From an uncultured Acidobacteriota bacterium (GTDB lineage Bacteria > Acidobacteriota > Thermoanaerobaculia > UBA5066): 64,000 nt of DNA. A model generated the notes under the pieces. The model had not been told where the DNA came from. It made no database searches and worked only from the letters and a program-made list of their open reading frames with translations. The stretch is taken from contig CAVZYA010000001.1 in the NCBI GenBank assembly GCA_963779415.1, positions 1,600,001 through 1,664,000 on the forward strand, read 5' to 3'. Numbering within the stretch: position 1 is the first letter of the stretch; each line of letters starts with the position of its first letter. The position numbers were made by a program, and so were the translations under genes. Shown one piece after another: positions 29,438 through 38,522 of this stretch.

Positions 29438-32383
29438 ATGGAGTTGATCAAGAACAAGGGGTGGCGAAGCGCCGGAGTCATGGCGATCGCTCTTCTCTTT
29501 GCCTCCGGGATCGCCTTCGGCCAGGCGCAGACGGGCAACATCTTCGCCAGAGCTTCGGACGACCAAGGGGTCGGGCTTCCCGGCGTGAGCGTCACGCTGT
29601 CGGGAGTCGGCGCTCCGCTCACGCAGGTGACGAACGTCAACGGCGACGTCCGGTTCGTCAGCCTCTCTCCGGGCATCTACGCCCTCGACTTCAGCCTTCA
29701 GAGCTTCGCGAAGGTCAGCCGGAAGAACGTCACCGTCGGCCTCGGGGCGAATACGCAGATCAACGTGACGATGAAGCTGGCCGGGGTCCAGGAGAGCGTC
29801 GTCGTGACGGGGGAGAGCCCGCTCCTCGACAGGCGCTCCACGGGCTCCACCGAGCAGATCAGCAAGGTCGAGCTGGAGAACATCCCGACCGCGCGTGACC
29901 CGTGGGTCATCCTTCAGACGGCCCCCGGCGTCCAGATCGACCGCGTCAACGTCGGCGGCTCCGAGAGCGGCCAGCAGTCGACCTATCTAGCCAAGGGAGC
30001 CGGCCTCGACCAGGGGACCTGGAACGTGGACGGCGTCAACATCACCGACATGGGCGCCCTCGGCTCCTCGCCGACGTACTACGACTTCGACTCCTTCGCC
30101 GAGATGAACGTCGTGACGGGCGGCTCCGACGCGTCGGTCCAGACGCCCGGCGTCCAGCTCAACATGGTGACGAAGCGCGGGACGAATGACGTCCACGGGT
30201 CGGCCCGCGTCATCATCTCGGACAAGGGGCTCCAGTCCAACAACATCTCCGATGAACTGGCCGCGCAGCTCGCCAGAGACGGTCTGCCGGTCACCGCCAA
30301 CCAGCTCAACAACCTCCAGGACTTCGGCGCCGAGATCGGCGGCCCGATCGTGAAGGACAAGGTCTGGCTCTGGGGAAGCTACGGCCGGCAACAGATCAAT
30401 AACATCACGGCCGCGGGCTACCCCGACAATACTCAGCTGATCGGCTTCGGCGGAAAGCTGAATGCACAGATCGTCCCGGAGAACACCTTCACGGCCGACT
30501 ACTCGTACAACGACAAGAGGAAGCAGGGGCGCAATGCCTCTCCGACCCGTCCGCCCGAGACGACGTGGGACCAGACCGGCCCGACGAAGCTGTACAAGTT
30601 GGAGGACTCGCACGTCTTCACCCCGGACATCTTCGCGACCGCAAGCTACGCGCGCATCCTCGGCGGATTCAACCTCGTCTCCGAGGGCCAGGGCCAGCCG
30701 TACCTCGATGACAGCGGCGTCTGGCACGGCGGCTTCGTGAACTACTACACCCAGCGTCCTCAGACCCAGGTCACCTTCACGCCGTCGTTCTTCTTCAGGA
30801 CGGGGAGCGTCGGACACGAAATCAAGGCCGGCTTCAACTACCGGTCGACGCCGATCGCGTCCCAGAGCGGCTGGCCGGGAGGGATCATCGGCTACAGCGC
30901 GGGCGCATACGGGACCAGCGAGAACGTCGCAGCCTTCACGCGCGACCGGAACCAGCAAAGCGCGCAGACGTACTACTCCGGCTACCTCTCCGACACGATG
31001 ACCGCCGACAAGCTGACCATAAACCTGGGCGTCCGGTACGACGACCAGAAGATGACGGACGAGTCGATCGCCATTCCCTGCTGCGGATACAACAGCACTC
31101 TCTTTCCGCAGGTCCCCTTCACACCGATCACCTATCAGGGTGCTCCCCCGGTCACATGGAAGGACTGGGAGCCGCGCGCCGGCATCACGTACGCGCTCGG
31201 GGACCAGAACAAGACTCTTCTGAAGGCCAGCTACGCCCGCTTCGCCAACCAGCTCGGGGGGCTCGCAAGCTGGGGCCTCTTCCCGAGTGACGGTGGCGTC
31301 CCCCACTATCTCTACTACTACTGGAACGACGCGAACGGGAACCACAAGGTCGATCCGGGCGAGGTCGACTTCAATACCGATTACGGGTACGGCCCCAACG
31401 GCATCTATGGTGCCTACAACGTCGACCCCAACAATCCCAACAGGACGACACCGATCAACCAGCTCGACCCCAACCTGAAGGCCACGAAGACGGACGAGTT
31501 CATCATCGGCTTCGAGCACGAGCTGCTGCCGGCCTTCGTCGTGGGTTTGAGCGGCACGTACCGCCACACCTTCGACCTTATCCAGACGGCCCCTCTCTCC
31601 GCGGACGGGACCCGGGTCCTGACACCGGCCGACTACACCTGCAAGACGATCGGCCCGTACCCGGTCCCGGGCGGCTCCCCGCAAACGGTCCAGCAATGTG
31701 ATCCGTTGCCGGGCGTTGCCGGGCAGGGACGGCTCGTGAGAAACAGGCCCGGCGCGTACCTCACGTACTGGGGCATCGACTTCGTCGCAACAAAACGCTA
31801 CGCCGACAAATGGATGGCGCGCTTTGCCTTCACCTACTCCGACGACACGCAGCACGGCCTGTCCGACGGGGTGGTCGATCCGTCCAACCTTCAGCCGGGC
31901 ACGGAAGCGGACGGGGGCCTCTACGTCCAGGGCGCGGGCACAGGCTCCGGAGCGAAACAGTACGTCTGGCTCAGCTCTCACTGGCAGGCCACCCTCTCCG
32001 GGATGTACACGCTTCCCTACGACTTCAACGTCTCGACGAGCCTCTACGGTCGCCAAGGGTACGTGGCACCGTATTACAGGCGTGTCGTGAGCGGCGCCGA
32101 ACCGGCCTATGGCCTGATCAAGAACTACCAGCTCGGCACCGTGGACGAACAACGGCTCAACACCGTTTTCGAGTGGGACCTCGGTCTCTCGAAAGTCGTG
32201 AAGGTCGGAGGTCTCAACGCGACGCTGATGGCCGACGTCTTCAACGTCCTCAACCGCAACACCGTTCTCCAGCGCGTGCTGCGCGTCCGCAGCACGGCGA
32301 CCACGCCCAGCTCGCTCGACAACGAGATCTACGAGCAGCAGGCACCGCGCATCTGGCGGTTCGGTATCCGCCTCGCTTTCTAG
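29438..32383 (+). CDS. TonB-dependent receptor (Oar-like), paralog of 16220-19141
   Basis: Same signal peptide, CarboxypepD_reg and plug motifs. C-terminal RFGIRLAF. Confidence 0.92.
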   Translation: MELIKNKGWRSAGVMAIALLFASGIAFGQAQTGNIFARASDDQGVGLPGVSVTLSGVGAPLTQVTNVNGDVRFVSLSPGIYALDFSLQSFAKVSRKNVTVGLGANTQINVTMKLAGVQESVVVTGESPLLDRRSTGSTEQISKVELENIPTARDPWVILQTAPGVQIDRVNVGGSESGQQSTYLAKGAGLDQGTWNVDGVNITDMGALGSSPTYYDFDSFAEMNVVTGGSDASVQTPGVQLNMVTKRGTNDVHGSARVIISDKGLQSNNISDELAAQLARDGLPVTANQLNNLQDFGAEIGGPIVKDKVWLWGSYGRQQINNITAAGYPDNTQLIGFGGKLNAQIVPENTFTADYSYNDKRKQGRNASPTRPPETTWDQTGPTKLYKLEDSHVFTPDIFATASYARILGGFNLVSEGQGQPYLDDSGVWHGGFVNYYTQRPQTQVTFTPSFFFRTGSVGHEIKAGFNYRSTPIASQSGWPGGIIGYSAGAYGTSENVAAFTRDRNQQSAQTYYSGYLSDTMTADKLTINLGVRYDDQKMTDESIAIPCCGYNSTLFPQVPFTPITYQGAPPVTWKDWEPRAGITYALGDQNKTLLKASYARFANQLGGLASWGLFPSDGGVPHYLYYYWNDANGNHKVDPGEVDFNTDYGYGPNGIYGAYNVDPNNPNRTTPINQLDPNLKATKTDEFIIGFEHELLPAFVVGLSGTYRHTFDLIQTAPLSADGTRVLTPADYTCKTIGPYPVPGGSPQTVQQCDPLPGVAGQGRLVRNRPGAYLTYWGIDFVATKRYADKWMARFAFTYSDDTQHGLSDGVVDPSNLQPGTEADGGLYVQGAGTGSGAKQYVWLSSHWQATLSGMYTLPYDFNVSTSLYGRQGYVAPYYRRVVSGAEPAYGLIKNYQLGTVDEQRLNTVFEWDLGLSKVVKVGGLNATLMADVFNVLNRNTVLQRVLRVRSTATTPSSLDNEIYEQQAPRIWRFGIRLAF

Positions 32384-32392
32384 GTTTTCCCG

Positions 32393-32503
32393 GGGGAACC
32401 CGGAACCGGCCGGGTTCCCCAATCCCCTCCGCGCCGGAAGCGATGCTCGTTCCGCTCGCGGCTGATCGGCCGCCGGGCCCCTGAGTCCGGCGGTTTTCTC
32501 TTG
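32393..32503 (+). terminator. Hairpin plus intrinsic terminator after TBDR2
   Basis: GGGGAACCCGG/CCGGGTTCCCC stem (32393-32420) and GCCGCCGGGC/GTCCGGCGGT stem followed by TTTCTCTT (32469-32503). Confidence 0.7.
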
Positions 32504-32536
32504 CCCTGGGGGCGCTCCGCCTGAGAATCTTCGCGG

Positions 32537-34735
32537 GTGAGCGAATCGATTTCTCGTCTCCGTCTGCCCCTCGCGTCCGTCCTCGCGGCGCTTCTTGCGG
32601 CTCTGGCGGCCACTGGCTGCCGGAAAGGGCACCCGGAGGCAAAGAGCTATCCGGGCGCGCCGGTGGTCCTCGTCACCATCGACACGCTCCGGTCCGACCA
32701 CCTGCCAATGTACGGCTACAACGGCCTCGAAGCACCGGTCCTCTCCGCTTTCCGGAAGGAGGCCATTCTCTTCGAGAAGGCTTACGCCCACGTTCCGCTC
32801 ACCCTCCCGTCGCACGGCACGATCTTCACGGGGATGCTTCCCGCCGAGAACGGCCTTCGCGACAACCTCGGCTACCGCCTCGACCCGAAGGTCCCGACGC
32901 TGGCGGAGGTTCTCCGGAAGGCCGGCTACGCGACGGGCGGCGCCGTCTCCTGTTTCGTCCTCAACGGATCGAGCGGCATCGGACGAGGCTTCGACTTCTG
33001 GGAGGACTCCATCGAGCCGTCGAAGCCCGACGAGGCCCTCGGCCACGTCCAGCGCTCCGGCGCCGAGACCGAGCAGCTCCTGGCGCGCTGGCTCGAGACA
33101 CAGCCCCCGGAGAAGCCGACGTTCACGTTCTTCCACCTCTACGAGCCCCACACGCCCTACGAGCCGCCCGAGCCCTACGCGTCCCGGTACAAGGGGCGCG
33201 AATACGACGGAGAGATCGCCTGGTCCGATGAGCTGGTCGGACGGTACTTCGACCTCCTCAGGAAGAAGGGGATCTACGACCGCGCACTGATCGTCGTCCT
33301 CTCGGACCACGGGGAGGGGCTGGGCGAGCACGGGGAAGACGAGCATGGCATCTTTCTCTACCGCTACGCCCTCCAGGTGCCGCTGATGGTGAAGCTGCCG
33401 AAGGGCGATCGGGGAGGGAGCTCCGTGGAGACTCCCGTCCAGCTCTCCGACGTCTTCGCGACGGTGGTGAAGGCCGTCGGGATCCCGGATGTTCCGCCAC
33501 CTCCGGGAACCGTCTCGCTTCTCGACGTGGCGGCGGGGCGGGGCGGAGCCGCCCGCACCCTTTACGCCGAGACCGTCTTTCCGCGGATCCACTTCGGGTG
33601 GAGCGACCTTGCCTCGCTGATCGACGGCCCCTGGCACTACATCGAGGCGCCGAGGCCGGAGCTTTACGACCTCGGAAAGGACCCGGCCGAGAAAGAGAAC
33701 CTCGCTGCCGGCAAGCCCGCCCCGTTCCGGACGCTTCGGATCGCGATGGAGAAGCGGAGGAGCGCCTTCACGGCACCGGGGAAGATCGACCCCGAGGAGG
33801 CGAAGAAGCTCGCCTCCCTGGGCTATCTCTCCAGCGGTGCGACAGCGGGAAGCGGCCCGCTGCCCGACCCGAAGGACGAGATCCTCGTCGTCAGCGACCT
33901 GAAGGACGGCTCGGGACTCTTCCACGACGGCCGCTACCAGGAGGCCAACGCCATCTTCCAGAGGCTCCTCGACAACAACCCCCGGATGCTCGACGTCTGG
34001 GATCTCTACTCCCAGTCGCTTCGGAAGATGGGGCGAACCGAAGAGGCGCTCGCAGCACTCAAGAAAGGGATCGCAGCCTCACCGGACGCCGCGACGCACT
34101 ACTTCGTCGCGGTCGCCACCCTCTGCCTCAGGCTCGGGAAGATCGAGGAGGCCGCGAAGAACGCCGAGATCGCGAAGGGGCGCGGGGATCCGAACGCCGA
34201 CGACATGCTCGCCCGGATCCATCTCACGCGAAAGGAATGGGACGCGGCCGAAGCGGCTGCGAAGGCCTCGCTGGCGGCGCGCCCGAGCAAGCCCCTCCCC
34301 TATCTGATCCTCGCCCGCGTCGAGATCGAACGAAATCACCTCGGGACGGCTCTCGAGCTGGTCGAGAAGGCGCGATTGCTGTCAGAGAGCCGGAGCAAGA
34401 CCACCCTGCAGGATCTCCATTTCCTTCGAGGGGACATCCTGGGCCGGATGGAGCGTCTCCCCGAGGCCGAGGCCGAGTTCAAGGAGGAGATCCGCCTCTT
34501 CCCGGAAAGCCTCAACACCTACAGCTCGCTCGCTGCGATCTACGCCGCAGAGGGGCGTCTCGCCGACGTCCGGGAGACGATCGAGAAGCTGGTCACCGCA
34601 AACCCGACGCCCGAGGCCTACGAAATCGCCTTCAAGACGCTCACCGTCGTGGGCGACCGCTCGGGAGCCGATTCGGTCCGGCGGACGGCCGGCGCGAAGT
34701 TCCCTTCCGATCGGCGCTTCCACGGGAGAACGTGA
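32537..34735 (+). CDS. Sulfatase-like/TPR lipoprotein (fourth paralog, closest to 19239-21419)
   Basis: Signal ending ATGC, LVTIDTLRSD, TLPSH, HLYEPHTPY, SDHGE, TPRs. Confidence 0.88.
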   Translation: MSESISRLRLPLASVLAALLAALAATGCRKGHPEAKSYPGAPVVLVTIDTLRSDHLPMYGYNGLEAPVLSAFRKEAILFEKAYAHVPLTLPSHGTIFTGMLPAENGLRDNLGYRLDPKVPTLAEVLRKAGYATGGAVSCFVLNGSSGIGRGFDFWEDSIEPSKPDEALGHVQRSGAETEQLLARWLETQPPEKPTFTFFHLYEPHTPYEPPEPYASRYKGREYDGEIAWSDELVGRYFDLLRKKGIYDRALIVVLSDHGEGLGEHGEDEHGIFLYRYALQVPLMVKLPKGDRGGSSVETPVQLSDVFATVVKAVGIPDVPPPPGTVSLLDVAAGRGGAARTLYAETVFPRIHFGWSDLASLIDGPWHYIEAPRPELYDLGKDPAEKENLAAGKPAPFRTLRIAMEKRRSAFTAPGKIDPEEAKKLASLGYLSSGATAGSGPLPDPKDEILVVSDLKDGSGLFHDGRYQEANAIFQRLLDNNPRMLDVWDLYSQSLRKMGRTEEALAALKKGIAASPDAATHYFVAVATLCLRLGKIEEAAKNAEIAKGRGDPNADDMLARIHLTRKEWDAAEAAAKASLAARPSKPLPYLILARVEIERNHLGTALELVEKARLLSESRSKTTLQDLHFLRGDILGRMERLPEAEAEFKEEIRLFPESLNTYSSLAAIYAAEGRLADVRETIEKLVTANPTPEAYEIAFKTLTVVGDRSGADSVRRTAGAKFPSDRRFHGRT

Positions 34736-34878
34736 GCCCTTCCCGGCCCTTTCCTCCTCCGGCTCGAACGAGAAGCGGACCGCCCCGGGGGACTGCGTAT
34801 GGCGCCATTCCATCGATGTCGTCCTGGTGCCGGTCTACGTCGCCCGACGGGGCGATAATCCGCGTCGGGAGGTCCTGC

Positions 34879-35541
34879 ATGAAGAACGCCGCAGCGGCTG
34901 TCCTCGTCTTCCTCCTCGCACCTCCTCTCTCCGCCGCCGACCTCCAGAAGTACAAGGCCTGGGCCGAATCCCCGCAGGCCTACTTCCTCTCGAAGGCCGA
35001 AAAGGAGCAATGGGCATTGATCTCCTCTGACGAGGCGGCCGGGAAGTTCATCGCGGAATATCTTGCGGCGCGAGGCAAGGGCTTCGCCGCCGCCCTCCAG
35101 AGCCGGATCGAGGTAGCGGACAAGACCTACAAGATCGGGAAGCTCAAGGGCGCGCGCTCTCCCCAGGGGAGAACACTCATCCTCCTCGGGACCCCGAGCT
35201 TTACCGACATGAAGACCGGAAAGGAGAAGACCGTCCAGGATCCATCGGGGGGCTCGGGTCTCTCGTACACGGGCGAAGGCGCCGGTGGCGGTGGAACGGC
35301 AAATCCTCTCTCGAACACCGGCGGACCTGGGCAGGACACCATGCGCGGCATGGAGAAGCCGGAGCCGACGGTCATCCGGTGGACCTACCGGGGCGCGTAC
35401 GCGCCGGCGGGCACCGGCCTCAAGGAGTTCGTGGTGGACTTCGACCAGGACGCGGCGGGAGTCGTCACTTTCCAGGACCCCAGGAAGGTCGAAGAGGTCT
35501 TCCAGAAGGTCATCGAGTACTGGGCCCCGAAGACCAAATAG
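34879..35541 (+). CDS. Secreted GWxTD-domain-like protein (degenerate motif)
   Basis: SD GGGAGGT and a signal peptide. W...P..Y.L...EKEQW.....DE...KFI..Y and GARSPQGRTLILLGTP align with the GWxTDRGRxYIxxGPP family. Confidence 0.7.
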   Translation: MKNAAAAVLVFLLAPPLSAADLQKYKAWAESPQAYFLSKAEKEQWALISSDEAAGKFIAEYLAARGKGFAAALQSRIEVADKTYKIGKLKGARSPQGRTLILLGTPSFTDMKTGKEKTVQDPSGGSGLSYTGEGAGGGGTANPLSNTGGPGQDTMRGMEKPEPTVIRWTYRGAYAPAGTGLKEFVVDFDQDAAGVVTFQDPRKVEEVFQKVIEYWAPKTK

Positions 35542-35547
35542 CCCGTC

Positions 35548-35985
35548 TCACTCCTCCTCGAGCGGGAGGCGCTGACGGCGGACGGCCTTGACGGTCGCGT
35601 CGCGCTTCTTGGCCCGTAGGCGCCGCTCACGCGCGGCCGGGGAGGGGCCGGTGGCGCGCCGGGCCTTCGGGACGACGAGCGCGCGCGCCACGAGCTGGCG
35701 GACCTTCTCGCGCGCCGTCTCGAGGTTCCGGAAGCGGTCGCGGCTTTCGCCTGCGGTTACCTGAAGGCGGCCGTCGGCGGTGATCCTCCGTCCGGCGAGA
35801 GAGACGAGCCGCCGGCGCGCGACGGCGTTCAGCCCCGGAATGCCGTCGAGGTCGACGAGAAGAAGGATCTTCGACGAGACCTTGTTCACGTTCTGTCCGC
35901 CCGGCCCGGAAGAGCGGATGGCATGAACTTCGATGGCGGCAGGAAGGACGCGGACTGCGGAGGTCACCTCGATGGGTTCGGCCAT
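35548..35985 (-). CDS. arfB: Alternative ribosome rescue factor B (peptidyl-tRNA hydrolase YaeJ)
   Basis: RSSGPGGQNVNKVSSK and basic C-terminal tail R.AT.PS....ERRLRAKKR. Confidence 0.93.
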   Translation of the reverse strand: MAEPIEVTSAVRVLPAAIEVHAIRSSGPGGQNVNKVSSKILLLVDLDGIPGLNAVARRRLVSLAGRRITADGRLQVTAGESRDRFRNLETAREKVRQLVARALVVPKARRATGPSPAARERRLRAKKRDATVKAVRRQRLPLEEE

Positions 35986-36027
35986 GGGGCGATGTTACGA
36001 CCACCGGGACCGCGCTATCGTTCCCGC

Positions 36028-36375
36028 GTGAGCGGAAAGGGGCGGCTCGTCTACTCGACGGAAACCGGTTCCGTCTGCCCGCGGTGCGGCTGGCCCGCAC
36101 GGGAGTGCCGCTGCTCGAAGAGCGCGCAGGAGCCCGTTCCGGCGAAGGTCGTCGCGAAGCTCCGCCTCGAGACCGCCGGGCGCGGCGGCAAGAGCGTGAC
36201 GGTCGTGGATGGCCTCCCGCGAAACGCGGCGTTCGTCGAGGGCCTCGCGAAGGAGCTGAAGCGGGCGCTCGGAACGGGCGGATCGGCCATGGAGGGCGCC
36301 GTCGAGATCCAGGGGGACCACCGCGACCGGCTCCGGGCGCTCCTCTCGAAGCGGGGCTTTCTCGTCAAGGGGTGA
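36028..36375 (+). CDS. yciH: SUI1/eIF1-like translation factor YciH
   Basis: RLVYSTETG, CxxC..CxC, GRGGKSVTVV, LKRALGTGGS, IEIQGDHR-like motif. Confidence 0.9.
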   Translation: MSGKGRLVYSTETGSVCPRCGWPARECRCSKSAQEPVPAKVVAKLRLETAGRGGKSVTVVDGLPRNAAFVEGLAKELKRALGTGGSAMEGAVEIQGDHRDRLRALLSKRGFLVKG

Positions 36376-37714
36376 CGCGCCGCGCGGCCGCCTCGCCCGC
36401 GGTCCGCCCCGTCGCCCAGGCCCACTGGAAGTTGAAGCCTCCGATCGGGCCGAAGGCATCGAGGATCTCTCCGGCCAAGAAGAGCCCCGGCACGAGCCGG
36501 CTCTCGCCGCTTCCGGGGTCCACCTCCTCGAGCGCGACGCCCCCGCCGGTCACCTCCGCGGTCCGGTACCCCTCGGTGCCGGCCGCGGGGATCGGAAACG
36601 ACGCGAGAGCAGACACCAGGCGCTTTCTCGCCTCGCGCGTCAGGCGGGAGAGTGGCCCATCGGGGACTTTCGCCGTTTCGAGAATGAGGCTCGCCAGACG
36701 GTCCGGAAAAGAAGATTTTCTTAGAAAGGAAGAAAGAGAGCCGCCGGAGCCTGCGCCGCTCCGCACCTCTTCATCCCAGACCCCGGCCACCGCCTCGGCA
36801 TTGCCGAAGCGCGATGAGCGATCGCGCCGCACGGGACCATTCGAAGCAATTCGTTCTCTCTCTCTTTCGTTCTCTTTTTCATTCCCCCTTTCCCTGTTCC
36901 GATCGATCGGCAGGAACGTCACCCGGACGTCGAAGGCCTTCCCCGCGCGCGCCGCGCGCTCGACGACGTGTGAGACGCCGAGGACGGCGGGGCCGCTCCA
37001 GCCGCGGTGCGTGAAGAGGAAGCCCCCTTCCGACACGGCCGACTCGTCCCCGGCCCGAGCCGTCACGCGGACCTCCGCCGAGAGCCCCGCGAGGGCATGG
37101 TGGGACGGCGCCTCTCCGACGAGGGGCGCGAGCGCCGGATAGGTGGGCCGGACCGTGTGGCCGAGCGCCGTCGCCCAGTCGAAGCCGGCCCCGTCGGCCC
37201 CTCCCGAAAGGACCGATCGGCCCCCCGTCGCCACGACGACGGCCGCGGCATGCAGGCTCCCGGCGTCGAGCCGCACCTCGAATCCTCCCCGCCGGGACCG
37301 GACCAGGTCGCGCACCGGACTCTGCGAGCGGATCTCGGCCCCGGATGAAAGAACCGACGCGCGAATCGCATCGCGGACGTCCCGCGCCCGGTTCGTCGGC
37401 GGGAAGAGCTTTCCGCTCTCCGGCTCCTCGCGGAGCGCGCCTCCGAGAAGCGCCTCGAAGAAGGTTCGTTGCTCCACCAGCGGCCAGCGTGCGAGGAATC
37501 GGCGTACGAGGCGATTCGGAGAGTCGGAGACGAAGCGTCCGGGCGCCTCGGCGGAAGGAAGTACGTTGCACCTCCCGCCCCCCGAGACGAGGATCTTTCG
37601 CCCCGCCTCACGCGCGGCTTCGAGAACGACGACCCGCCGTCCCCGGCCCGCCGCGAAGCGCGCGGCCATCAGGCCGGCGGCGCCGGCTCCGAGGATGACG
37701 ACCGGTCCCTCCAT
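36365..37714 (-). CDS. HI0933/YhiN family FAD-dependent oxidoreductase
   Basis: ILGAGAAG, GRKILVSGGGRCN, ATGGRS, LFTHRGWSGP, AEVTGGGV, GEILDAFGPIGGFNFQWAWATG. Confidence 0.92.
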   Translation of the reverse strand: MEGPVVILGAGAAGLMAARFAAGRGRRVVVLEAAREAGRKILVSGGGRCNVLPSAEAPGRFVSDSPNRLVRRFLARWPLVEQRTFFEALLGGALREEPESGKLFPPTNRARDVRDAIRASVLSSGAEIRSQSPVRDLVRSRRGGFEVRLDAGSLHAAAVVVATGGRSVLSGGADGAGFDWATALGHTVRPTYPALAPLVGEAPSHHALAGLSAEVRVTARAGDESAVSEGGFLFTHRGWSGPAVLGVSHVVERAARAGKAFDVRVTFLPIDRNRERGNEKENERERERIASNGPVRRDRSSRFGNAEAVAGVWDEEVRSGAGSGGSLSSFLRKSSFPDRLASLILETAKVPDGPLSRLTREARKRLVSALASFPIPAAGTEGYRTAEVTGGGVALEEVDPGSGESRLVPGLFLAGEILDAFGPIGGFNFQWAWATGRTAGEAAARRVTP

Positions 37715-37730
37715 GACGCCATAATCGCCC

Positions 37731-38522
37731 ATGCCCGAAGGGAACGGGACGAAGAGCGGGTTTCTCCGCCGGCTCGTCTATCGCCTCCATTTCGCCCTCG
37801 CGGTACTCGTCGGAGGGTTCTTCTTCGTCACCCTCTCCCTTCTCGCGGTCTTCCGTATCGCCGTCCTGAGGTGGGACCGGGAGCGCGTCATGGGGACGTG
37901 GATCCCGACGTGGCACCGGATCATGGCGACGACGCTCGGCTGGGAGATGCCGGTTTCGGGAGAGGAGAAATTCGAGACGTTCCGGCCCGCCGTCGTCGCC
38001 ATCAACCATCAGTCGAACCTCGACATCGTCCTCTGGGCCCGGTTCTTCCCGCGGGCGACGGTCGTCGTCGGGAAGAAGCAGATCAAGAAGATCCCGATCT
38101 TCGGGTACATCTTCCAGGGAACGAAGAACATCCTGATCGACCGCGAGAACGCGGAACGGGCGCGCCGCTCGCTCGAGGATGCGGCCGGGAGGATCCGGGG
38201 CGAGCGGCTGAACGTCTGGATGGCGCCGGAAGGACACCGGAACCTCGGCGCGGAGATGCTCAAGTTCAAGAAGGGGGCGTTTCACCTCGCCATCGCGGCG
38301 CAGGTTCCGGTCCTCCCCGTCGTCGTCGGGCCGGTCTGGACCGTCTTCGACGGGCGGCGGGCGATGGCCCGGCCCGGGCGGGTCGAGGTGAAGATTCTCG
38401 ATCCGATCCCGACCGCTGGCCTTCGCGAGGTGGACGTCGACGACCTCAGCGCCCGGGTCCGTACGGCGATGGAGACGGCCCGGAACGAAATGATCGCTTC
38501 GGCCGGGGGGCGGATCGGTTAG
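37731..38522 (+). CDS. plsC: 1-acyl-sn-glycerol-3-phosphate (lysophospholipid) acyltransferase
   Basis: NHQSNLD, LIDR, PEGHR, FKKGAFHLA. Confidence 0.88.
   Translation: MPEGNGTKSGFLRRLVYRLHFALAVLVGGFFFVTLSLLAVFRIAVLRWDRERVMGTWIPTWHRIMATTLGWEMPVSGEEKFETFRPAVVAINHQSNLDIVLWARFFPRATVVVGKKQIKKIPIFGYIFQGTKNILIDRENAERARRSLEDAAGRIRGERLNVWMAPEGHRNLGAEMLKFKKGAFHLAIAAQVPVLPVVVGPVWTVFDGRRAMARPGRVEVKILDPIPTAGLREVDVDDLSARVRTAMETARNEMIASAGGRIG

Larger units (their letters stand above)
29004..34735 (+). repeat. Copy 2 of the duplicated intergenic + TBDR + sulfatase-TPR module
   Basis: Collinear with 15794-21419. Confidence 0.8.

Noticed and set aside
29987-33925. 1312-aa minus-strand ORF
   Set aside because: Antisense shadow of TBDR2 and the sulfatase-like gene. 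High GC suppresses stop codons and it has no recognisable motifs.
33598-34878. Long N-terminal extension of the GWxTD-like ORF
   Set aside because: Out-of-frame overlap with the sulfatase-like gene. The real start at 34879 has an SD and a signal peptide.
16220-35541. Classical polysaccharide utilisation locus for sulfated glycans
   Set aside because: No glycoside hydrolases, SusD or sugar transporters, and the enzymes lack the formylglycine motif.
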